64,000 nucleotides of DNA. Source: a virus. Location: the IMG/VR virus record IMGVR_UViG_3300047160_003189, positions 1,411 to 65,410 of that record. One strand, given 5' to 3'. Below, piece by piece: positions 18,956 to 26,824 of the stretch. Position 1 is the first letter of the stretch, and every line of letters begins with the position of its first letter. Made by a program: the position numbers and the translations under genes. The notes beneath the pieces are model-generated. The model worked only from the letters and a program-made list of their open reading frames with translations, did no database searches and was not told the DNA's origin.

Positions 18956-19159
18956 GTGACTATGCAGACACGCTTTCCCAAAGACTACTACATCGTTGAT
19001 GGCGATGTAGTCCGCACCATAGAGGCGTTGATGAACCGCCTCTACAACGATCTCACCGGGCCGATGCGCGGTGATGAGATGCGCGACTGGGCGAACACCC
19101 TGTACGCGAAACTTCGAAAGGTCGATGAGTACGACCCCAAGGCCGAAACCGGGGAGTGA
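18956..19159 (+). CDS. Hypothetical protein
   Basis: 67 aa, RBS AGGAG; its 3' end overlaps hammerhead 3. Confidence 0.7.
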   Translation: MTMQTRFPKDYYIVDGDVVRTIEALMNRLYNDLTGPMRGDEMRDWANTLYAKLRKVDEYDPKAETGE

Positions 19160-19197
19160 TCCCCGGTCTACTCGTCAGGCGAGTACTGAAGATGGCC
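19141..19197 (+). ncRNA. Type II hammerhead ribozyme 3
   Basis: GGCC-GAAA-CCGGGGA(GTGA)TCCCCGG-TC-TACTCG(TCAGG)CGAGTA-CTGAAGA-T-GGCC; GUC cleavage after 19168. Confidence 0.85.
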
Positions 19198-19223
19198 AGA
19201 CTGCACATCAGAGAGGGACTACT

Positions 19224-19796
19224 ATGATCTATGAAATCGCGAAGGCCGATGCGGTCGAGCGGGCGCAGAAGACACAGAAGAATGTGGACATCTGCTACTA
19301 CCGTGGCGTCTCACCCCATAACTACTTCATCAAGGACGTCGACCAGCCGCTGCCAGAGGACGCTATCCACGTTTCTACTGCGCACTGCAACGGCATCGTC
19401 GTCAGCGAAGTCGGCGACGGATCGGACGACGAGGCGGTGATGGAGTACGTAGAGGAGGAGGAGCCGAAGCCGGATTACTACTCGGTCGCCATCCACTTCG
19501 TTGATCGTTGCTACGGGGGACCGGAGGAAGGCGGCTGGTGGTATAATGCCGGGCATCCTATCACCGAAGTCCTCAAGGGCTACGACAACATGACACCGGA
19601 GGACAGCTTACCGAAATGCTTCCTCACGGAGGACGAGGCGCAAACCTACTGCGATCTACTCAACAACAAGCTGGCGGCTGGCCCGAACAAGGGGCGGCGC
19701 TCGATCTACTCCATGGCCAGCGAAGGCCGCTACCAAGCAATGGTGCAAGCCGGCTGGCCGCACGCATGGCCAAACCCGGCACCGCACTACGAATAA
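19224..19796 (+). CDS. Hypothetical early protein
   Basis: RBS GAGAGGGACTAC; contains DRCYGGPEEGGWWY and SEGRY motifs; may be a two-module fusion. Confidence 0.8.
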   Translation: MIYEIAKADAVERAQKTQKNVDICYYRGVSPHNYFIKDVDQPLPEDAIHVSTAHCNGIVVSEVGDGSDDEAVMEYVEEEEPKPDYYSVAIHFVDRCYGGPEEGGWWYNAGHPITEVLKGYDNMTPEDSLPKCFLTEDEAQTYCDLLNNKLAAGPNKGRRSIYSMASEGRYQAMVQAGWPHAWPNPAPHYE

Positions 19797-19800
19797 GAAA

Positions 19801-20013
19801 GTGAGTACTATGAAAAGCACCCTCAAGGTCAGACACCCCGAAGACTTTCGGGACTGGCTGGTACTGCATCTGCGCGAGCGGGCTAAGACCCCGCGAGAAA
19901 ACTACAACAGCAAGACGCTGCGCCTCAAGGATCGCTATCGGTATCTCGGTGAGGCGATGGCGCTCGATGAGATGGCGCGGATGCTCGAAAACCTCGAAAT
20001 CATAACCGACTAA
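19801..20013 (+). CDS. Hypothetical protein
   Basis: 70 aa; last gene before the terminator. Confidence 0.65.
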   Translation: MSTMKSTLKVRHPEDFRDWLVLHLRERAKTPRENYNSKTLRLKDRYRYLGEAMALDEMARMLENLEIITD

Positions 20014-20020
20014 CTACTGC

Positions 20021-20049
20021 GGGCGAGGGTTCACCCCCTCGCCCTTTTT
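20021..20049 (+). terminator. Intrinsic terminator ending the + arm
   Basis: GGGCGAGGG/CCCTCGCCC stem followed by TTTTT. Confidence 0.88.
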
Positions 20050-20156
20050 CGTAGCTGGTGAATGTAATGTTATAACGTCTCAATCTCAGATCCGGCTCAA
20101 ACCGGCTAGGAGGTTAGGTTGTCGAGCTGGAAACCCCCTAGGGCACAGAGGGAGAG

Positions 20157-20245
20157 GCGCGAGGATCGATTTGGAGGGGGCTAGAACGGCCGTTCACGAT
20201 TTCCGGCTAGGGTGATGCCACCCCACCCCCAAACGGGCGTCCTAG
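20157..20245 (+). repeat. Dispersed ~90-bp element, copy A (inverted relative to copy B)
   Basis: 20223-20245 is the exact reverse complement of 42626-42648; blocks CGAGGATCGATTT and CCGGCTAGGGT are also shared. Confidence 0.8.
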
Positions 20246-20646
20246 ACCGATAGGAAGCCCGGCAAATGGCATTTGCCGGGGAGGGGGACACCCCAGACGG
20301 CGATTTTCGAGCGGGAGGGGGGATCGGGGCGGCTCAGAGGACGCCTGTCAGCGGGCTCCCTAGGGGCTCCTAGAGGCATCCGAGCGGTAACCAGATTAAG
20401 GGGTTAGGGGGGTGAGCCCCAGCCAGGGGCGAGAGGAGCCGGGAAGGCGACACCCAAAGCACCTTCCCGCTCTTCGATCCCCCCTCACCTGTCAGGGGGC
20501 GGCGCGAGGCATTAGGACGCTGGAAAGGTAGCCTCGTCGTCTAGCGCGGTAGCACCGACGCAACCCGGTGTCAAAGCGGGAGGTCAAACGCCTACCCGGC
20601 TCGAATGGTTCCAGCCCTAGTTACTTAGCCGGCTAAGTATATGAGT

Positions 20647-20675
20647 AAAAGAAGCCCCGGCGCGAAGCCAGGGCT
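20647..20675 (-). terminator. Intrinsic terminator ending the - arm
   Basis: On the minus strand AGCCCTGGC-TTCGC-GCCGGGGCT followed by TCTTTT. Confidence 0.85.
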
Positions 20676-20694
20676 AGTCGGGGGCAGTCGATTA

Positions 20695-21642
20695 CTACGA
20701 GACGATCTTCAGCATTCGGATGAGGATCGGCATGTCCTGCCGAAGCCGGTCCATAGTAGCCTGATCGTATTCCAGATGATTGGCCCTGATAGTAGTGCGA
20801 TCACTACCACCATCGTCGGTCACGTAAGCTCCATAGTTCTTGAAGGCATTGAAGACCTTCTGGCCCAGCGGCGAAAGATTACTGGGCATTGCAGTACCTG
20901 ACGGAATGGCCAGAAGCATACTCTCCTGTAGAGGACCATTGGCCGTCTTGCCATCGTTGGCGATGGCTGGTGCTACTGTGCCGGGGCGGATCAAGGAAGT
21001 CTGGCAGGCGAGCCCGAGGGCGTGCTTGATGTCGCCCGCATCCGTCTCGGCTTGCATAAGTAATCCGCCGAGCTGAGATGCAGCACAAGCGGCAGTGCCG
21101 GCACCCTGATCTGGACTTGGAGTAGTATCACCCCAGCCGGTGCCGGTGATGACATCGCTTTTACCTTGGCTCGTCGCATGAGCCGTAGTATCACTATCCC
21201 GATAGAAGCGCCAGAAGTTCCAGGCCATCGTCCCGTCAACTACTACTATCGGGTGATCGGGGTTGCTCTCGCCGGGCGAGCCGGGACAACCGTCGGCACC
21301 CTTCGGCATACGAAGACTCGGGTTTGCCGGCCAGCCCCAGTCGGCTTTGCAAGTAACTTGCACCATGGGATCATCCGGCTTGGAGATGTAGACCGGAACT
21401 CCTGTGCTCTCCCAAGTACACCAATAGTTCCAGCCAGTAGAAGCCGGCCACGCTATGTTGGTATATCTGGCATTGCTCTTCACCGGCTTGTTCCACGCCG
21501 AAGTAGAAACCCAAGGCGGCTTGCTTGGATCGAATGCGGGCGGCGTGCCGGGATCGGGCGGCACGGTGCCGCCAGTATCAGGCGTGAAGGTAAAACTACC
21601 GTCGTCGTGATGAGTACCAGAACCTTTATGCGTAGTGGACAT
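20695..21642 (-). CDS. Hypothetical enzyme-like protein, possibly carbohydrate active
   Basis: 315 aa; Pro-rich leader then a Trp/Gly/Asp-rich domain (ASQLGGLL, HALGLA, AFKNYGAYVTDDGG); RBS GGGAGA. Confidence 0.6.
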   Translation of the reverse strand: MSTTHKGSGTHHDDGSFTFTPDTGGTVPPDPGTPPAFDPSKPPWVSTSAWNKPVKSNARYTNIAWPASTGWNYWCTWESTGVPVYISKPDDPMVQVTCKADWGWPANPSLRMPKGADGCPGSPGESNPDHPIVVVDGTMAWNFWRFYRDSDTTAHATSQGKSDVITGTGWGDTTPSPDQGAGTAACAASQLGGLLMQAETDAGDIKHALGLACQTSLIRPGTVAPAIANDGKTANGPLQESMLLAIPSGTAMPSNLSPLGQKVFNAFKNYGAYVTDDGGSDRTTIRANHLEYDQATMDRLRQDMPILIRMLKIVS

Positions 21643-21667
21643 TACTATCTCCCTGGTTGCCTATACT

Positions 21668-21720
21668 AAAAAGAGCCCCTCTCCACCAGCTCAAACAGCA
21701 AGACTGGTAGAAGAGGGGCT
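21668..21720 (-). terminator. Intrinsic terminator directly upstream of the 21642 start
   Basis: Minus strand AGCCCCTCTTCTACCAG / CTGGTGGAGAGGGGCT stem followed by CTTTTT. Confidence 0.75.
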
Positions 21721-21769
21721 GAGTTATAGCACACTACCCACCATGAGGAAAACCAGGGAAGATTTAGCC

Positions 21770-21995
21770 TCACGGTATCAAGCGCGCCTCAAGGGGATCG
21801 GGATGAGGCGCGCATGATCTACATGGGTGTCTGCCGAGGGTAGGAGCGGGAGCCAGGCAGGTACCGCTCTTCAACAGTAATCGACCCGGAGGGACGTAGG
21901 CCGTAGACTGCATTCCCCCGGCAGACCCATCACCCTGTACCTCGACTTGCCAGTAGAGCTTGGTTCTACTGCCAGCCCAGTGCGAGGGCAATTCA
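21770..21995 (-). ncRNA. Putative structured non-coding RNA
   Basis: No convincing ORF; several stems including a long-range ATGGGT-CTGCCG / CGGCAG-AC-ACCCAT pairing. Confidence 0.35.
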
Positions 21996-22001
21996 GTAAA
22001 A

Positions 22002-22253
22002 TTAGCTGTGCGTAGCCTCGATCAACTTGTTGATCTGTTCGCATGTCTCTACCGTGGAAACGAACTTGCCGTTGGTCATGAAGATGAGGCACTTGATGTC
22101 TTTGGTAAAGTGCCCATGCCCGCGCGGCTGGCGGATCGAGCTGATCTCGTTGACGTTCAACTCGATGACCTGACCCTGCGGCCCATGTACAGTAATCAGA
22201 CTGAGAGTGACGAACAACTCAACAAGCGTTGGCATATCAGCAAGCGTTGGCAT
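22002..22253 (-). CDS. Hypothetical protein
   Basis: RBS AGGGGGA; MPTLADMPTL duplicated start; 83 aa. Confidence 0.7.
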   Translation of the reverse strand: MPTLADMPTLVELFVTLSLITVHGPQGQVIELNVNEISSIRQPRGHGHFTKDIKCLIFMTNGKFVSTVETCEQINKLIEATHS

Positions 22254-22266
22254 AAAGTAGTCCCCC

Positions 22267-24558
22267 TTAATGACGCTGGGTCGTAGCCAGCGCCGAGCGA
22301 CCGCTAAAGTTGTAGTTGGCGCTAGAAGCATTGAGGACGTAGCCGCCCAGCGTCACGTAGTGTATTTGTTCAGAAAGTCCCTGAACAGCGTAGGTAGCAA
22401 AGAACGGCGTGTTGCTGGCTGGCTGGCTGGCGTAAGCAGTAGACCATGTTACCGACCAACTGCCGCTGGTTGCACTGTCGAAGCCGAGGATGAAGCCGCC
22501 GCCAGTACCTGCCGTGGACACTGCCGCCGACGCGAAGCCGGTCGCCTGCCCCGTGGCGAACATGCTCTCGTTGTTCCAGCATAGTATCTGACAGAAGTTC
22601 GTCATCATGCCGACGGCGCTCGTAGAAGACACGGTGAAAGTCGAGCCTTCCTGATCCGAGCAAGTCTCGCCCCAGTCGTTATACCACGAGCGCACGAAAC
22701 GGAACGACGCTGACGAAGCGAAGCCGCCTTGCGGCGTATAGTAGTAAACCATGCCGATCAAGCTGCGAGTACTATCGACACCTGGACCAGCGATCTGCCT
22801 GACCTCCGTACCGACGTTGCCAGCCGTCACGTCACGCTGGTGATGATTGGGACCGAGATGAGCACTATCGTAGAAGTCGCAAGTCAAGGTGCCAGCGTTG
22901 TTGAACAAGAACACCCAGTAGTAGTTGGCAGACAGTAGAGTGCCGCCCGGTGAACCGTTCAGATAGGTCGCGGTATCGTGGCAAGCAATACTAGTAGTAG
23001 GTATCTGGTAGATCGTCCCGTTGATACGGATCATGTCTCCGTTGAAAGGAGTGAAGAGAAGCGTATTGCCGCTGTTGTAGATTAGCTGCCCGCTAGTCGT
23101 CGGGCCAGCATAGCCAAGGTTGCCCGCGCCGGTAACAGTACCAGTCAGCGGATAATTGCCGCCGACACTAGTAACAGTGCCGGAAGTCGCGACACCGTTC
23201 TTGTAGATATTGGTGGCGACGTTTATAGTACCAGCACCCATGTCGCCGCCAGTGCCGCCCGAAGGCGAACCTATAGTAATGCCACCCGAAGGTTGCTGGC
23301 ATAGACTGTCGGCGGCACTAATACTACCAGTCGGCGTCGAGCCGATGCAAGTCTTGGTACCGTGCGCGCCGCCCGTCCAGTTCTGCGTTGCCCTCGCAGC
23401 TATGTAGCCGCCGGTACCTATACCCGAACCGTCATAGGCCAGAAACTGGTAGCTGCCGAGCATGTCGCCGCTGATCACCGCCGTCCGTGACCCGTTGGTG
23501 CCGTCGTAACGGATCAAGTTGTAGACCGGAATGGCACCGAAAGTATTGATCTCCATGCCTGTCTGTGTAGTATCCGGCCCGGTGATCTGGAAGAGATCAC
23601 CCGTCTGCAAGCCCGGTGCAGCAACAGTATTGAGGTTTATCAACTGGCTCTTGGTAAAAGTATTGGTGGCGCTAGCCAAGGCGGCGCTGTTGGAATTGGC
23701 TACCCAACGCCACTGCGTCAACGCCGCATTGTAAGTATAGCTGACTTGTCGGCCAGCGGCGATGACATCAGTAGTTCCATTGGGCATCAAAGTACCGACA
23801 CCGGCATTGATAGTAATGGAAGCCGAACCGTCCACATTGTCTACTACAATGCGAGTGCCCTCGACCATGCCCGGTACTCCGGTCGAGGGGAAAGTATCGG
23901 TCATCGCGCTACCGGCATTGGAGCGGCGCGTCAGCTTGAACAGGTCAGAGGTAGTAAAAGTCTTGCTGGCTCCGGTCGATACTTGTACTGGCTGCACCAT
24001 CTCCAAGCCGGCGAGCGGGCCAGTATAAGATGACGGCAGAAGAACGGAGACACCGTTGTTGAGGTTGATAGTAGTAGTGCTGCCGCCACTACTCGAGGTC
24101 AGCGGCAGAGATGCCGCGACATTAGTACCAGGTGATGGCTGAATGGGACCGACTGTACCTCCGTTGACTTGCACGAACAGACCGGCGCTAGTAACCCACA
24201 TATCGCCGTTCTGCGGCTGCGAAGGTACATTGCCGGGCGCGAGGTTGAAGCCGGCATTTTGTACGTAACCACTCCACGTCACCAGCCGCCCGGTCATCGA
24301 GCCGCCGGCACTGTTGAGCGGACCATAGCCAAGTACATCCTGCTTGGATGCCCAAGCCTGGTTCCACTGCCCAGGCGTCGGTACGTAACCTTGTGTCCAA
24401 GGTGGCTGCGGCACCGACTGGGCGTAAACTACTTCCTTTTGCTTGACGTGCGGCAGCTTCTTCAAGTACGGCTGGGTCAGCCGGAAGAATAGCGGAGTAT
24501 CGGCATGAGCCGCGTTGGCGAAGCCGAGTGCCAACAGTGCAAGTAACAGGCGCTTCAT
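22267..24558 (-). CDS. Tail-fibre-like protein with N-terminal Sec-type signal peptide
   Basis: MKRLLLALLALGFANAAHA leader; Gly/Thr/Ser-rich beta body; shares a module with the 24867 fibre. Confidence 0.7.
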   Translation of the reverse strand: MKRLLLALLALGFANAAHADTPLFFRLTQPYLKKLPHVKQKEVVYAQSVPQPPWTQGYVPTPGQWNQAWASKQDVLGYGPLNSAGGSMTGRLVTWSGYVQNAGFNLAPGNVPSQPQNGDMWVTSAGLFVQVNGGTVGPIQPSPGTNVAASLPLTSSSGGSTTTINLNNGVSVLLPSSYTGPLAGLEMVQPVQVSTGASKTFTTSDLFKLTRRSNAGSAMTDTFPSTGVPGMVEGTRIVVDNVDGSASITINAGVGTLMPNGTTDVIAAGRQVSYTYNAALTQWRWVANSNSAALASATNTFTKSQLINLNTVAAPGLQTGDLFQITGPDTTQTGMEINTFGAIPVYNLIRYDGTNGSRTAVISGDMLGSYQFLAYDGSGIGTGGYIAARATQNWTGGAHGTKTCIGSTPTGSISAADSLCQQPSGGITIGSPSGGTGGDMGAGTINVATNIYKNGVATSGTVTSVGGNYPLTGTVTGAGNLGYAGPTTSGQLIYNSGNTLLFTPFNGDMIRINGTIYQIPTTSIACHDTATYLNGSPGGTLLSANYYWVFLFNNAGTLTCDFYDSAHLGPNHHQRDVTAGNVGTEVRQIAGPGVDSTRSLIGMVYYYTPQGGFASSASFRFVRSWYNDWGETCSDQEGSTFTVSSTSAVGMMTNFCQILCWNNESMFATGQATGFASAAVSTAGTGGGFILGFDSATSGSWSVTWSTAYASQPASNTPFFATYAVQGLSEQIHYVTLGGYVLNASSANYNFSGRSALATTQRH

Positions 24559-24857
24559 GGATTGATCCTTACCTTGGGGGAACCACGCCTATCAAGTAGT
24601 TCCTTCAGCTTCTCCTTGGGATCACCTTCGAAAGGAGGGTGGATGCCCAACGCCATCAGGTGGTAAGTAGTATCGAAAGCCTCATCCGCGCCTTCCTCCT
24701 CCTTCGGCTGGTCGTCTGCCTTGGTGAAGCCGGCTTCGATGAAGGCGTCGGCTACACTGCCGGGGACGCTCAGTGTACCGTCTTTGTCGGGATAGGTAAG
24801 TAGTTTGCCGAAGCCGATCTCGTAGCAACCTTCCGGTGCTTTGAGCTTTACTAACAT
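24555..24857 (-). CDS. Hypothetical protein, possibly fibre assembly
   Basis: 100 aa between the two fibre genes; ends PKVRINP. Confidence 0.7.
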   Translation of the reverse strand: MLVKLKAPEGCYEIGFGKLLTYPDKDGTLSVPGSVADAFIEAGFTKADDQPKEEEGADEAFDTTYHLMALGIHPPFEGDPKEKLKELLDRRGSPKVRINP

Positions 24858-24866
24858 GCTGTCCTC

Positions 24867-26813
24867 CTAGTTGAAGTATCCACCAGTAGAAGGTGAAGCC
24901 GTGCCGTTGACGCTGCCGGGGAAGAAGGTCGCGCAAGCCGCCGCGCCCATCTGAGTATTGATGGTGCTCGACAAGGTAGCCGCACATCTTACTCCAAGAG
25001 CCGCGCCTACCCAATTAATGTTGCCGCTGGCGGCACCAGCGCAGCTCCAGTTGGAGCTAGTAGACACCGAACAGAAGGCACCACTGTAGTTAGGAGTGCT
25101 CGTCAGTGTTACAGTAAACCCGGCGTTGGGGCCGGAACAGGATATAGTACCACCCGACTGGCTGGTGAAGTGGCTGACCCCGCCACCCGATATACTGTAG
25201 TTGCCCACGATGTTGATGGTGCCGCCGGCGAAGTTACCTACCTGATACTGAGTACAGGCGGCGAAGTCGATGGCTTGGTAATTGATGGTCGATCCGGTAC
25301 CGCCGGCTGCAAGGCCGAAACCGTTGGGGCTCCCAGTCGAAGTAATTCGAAAGCCTTGTATCTGGAAGCGAGCACCGTCACCGGCAAACACTGCTATGGC
25401 ATTATTGGCAGTACAAGTAATGGTGCAGTTGGCCCAAGTAGTAGTGTTGCCCTCGATGAGCAACTGACTGACACTGGTCTGCCCTACCAAGGGACCAGCC
25501 ATATAAAAGACATTGCCGCCGCCAGCCACAGTATAGTTGCCGTCCGCACACTTGATCTTGACCTGTTGGGCATTCAGGTCGTAGTACTGTTGCAGTGCGT
25601 TGAGGGCGTGCTGGATCGTCTGGAACGGCCCGGTGATAGTGCCGGCTACCTGCGTCTGCACCAGTCCGGTATTGTTATCACTACTATTAGCGCCGCCCGA
25701 TGGATTGACGTATAGAGTAGTAAAAGACCCAGGGGTCAAACCCAGCCGCACCCGGTCAGGACGTTGCAGCACGAAGTAGTTGGAGCCGTCACTGTAGACT
25801 GTGGCATTCTGCCCCGGTCCCAGTACTAGATAACCCAGCGGAGTACCGTTGAGCACGGCTCCACTGCCGGCCACGACCGACAACAAGCCGGCAGTATCAT
25901 TGTTCTTGATCTGCATCTGAGTAAAAGCCGGCAACACTCCCGGCCCGGTGCCGGGGAGAGTATCAGCCATCGCATTGCCGCTGTTGGAGCGCATCACGAC
26001 CTTGTTGCCGTCAGTATTCAAGTAAGTATAGGTTCCGCCAGTAACGGTTTCCAGGCTGGTCAGGTTTTGCTGGAGCCCGATAGCCTGGAAGTGCGGAGTA
26101 TTGTAAAAGCCGACGGGAGGAGTTTGATCGTCGTAGCAGATAGCGACTATAGCGCCGGCCTTGAGATCACCGATGCCTAAAGAAGTACCATCTGGGTGAG
26201 TAATAGGCTGAGCCGTCAGGGTATTGACGGAGATGGTGACGTTGGTCGAAGTATTGGTGTGCGCAACCTGCACGAAGAAGATCATACCCTTGACGTAGTG
26301 CAAGTAAGGAGTAGTGGGGTTGATCTGAAGCTGGTTGGCTATACCTACGTCTTGCTGGTACAGAGGAGCCAGGACCAGCGCCAAGTCGGCGAACGTCGGA
26401 ATACCTACCCAGTTGGTCGCACCCAGTGCATCTGGATTTGTACTGTTGTTGTCGGCGAGGTTCAGCCACAGCTTTCCGGCAATAGTAGATTGTAGTATAG
26501 CTCCCTGCGGATAGCCGCCGATGGCACTGACGAAGCCAGAGGTTCCACTGTCGTACTGTACTGGGGAGCCGGCTGCGGTCCAACGCGCCCAGGCTGAAAT
26601 CTCGTTAAGTATTCCATTCATGTCCCGACCATCCGGCGGGATGCCGCCGGCACTGGTAGGAGTAAAGCAGAGAGGCGGGAAGCCGTCAGTGAGCGAAGCC
26701 GCCCCGGCTTGTATTCCTATCAAGGACGAAAGTTGAATGGGTCTGATGTAGGAGGGACCGGCGGAAGCGCCCCAAGGAACATTGAACTTTGCCGGGATAT
26801 TGTTGTATTGCAT
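24867..26813 (-). CDS. Tail fibre protein
   Basis: N-terminal baseplate anchor (PWGASAG...ASLTDGFPP...GGIPPDGRDMNGILNEIS) typical of Bcep781-like myoviruses; beta-helix-like C-terminus. Confidence 0.85.
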   Translation of the reverse strand: MQYNNIPAKFNVPWGASAGPSYIRPIQLSSLIGIQAGAASLTDGFPPLCFTPTSAGGIPPDGRDMNGILNEISAWARWTAAGSPVQYDSGTSGFVSAIGGYPQGAILQSTIAGKLWLNLADNNSTNPDALGATNWVGIPTFADLALVLAPLYQQDVGIANQLQINPTTPYLHYVKGMIFFVQVAHTNTSTNVTISVNTLTAQPITHPDGTSLGIGDLKAGAIVAICYDDQTPPVGFYNTPHFQAIGLQQNLTSLETVTGGTYTYLNTDGNKVVMRSNSGNAMADTLPGTGPGVLPAFTQMQIKNNDTAGLLSVVAGSGAVLNGTPLGYLVLGPGQNATVYSDGSNYFVLQRPDRVRLGLTPGSFTTLYVNPSGGANSSDNNTGLVQTQVAGTITGPFQTIQHALNALQQYYDLNAQQVKIKCADGNYTVAGGGNVFYMAGPLVGQTSVSQLLIEGNTTTWANCTITCTANNAIAVFAGDGARFQIQGFRITSTGSPNGFGLAAGGTGSTINYQAIDFAACTQYQVGNFAGGTINIVGNYSISGGGVSHFTSQSGGTISCSGPNAGFTVTLTSTPNYSGAFCSVSTSSNWSCAGAASGNINWVGAALGVRCAATLSSTINTQMGAAACATFFPGSVNGTASPSTGGYFN

Positions 26814-26824
26814 TTGTTTCTACC

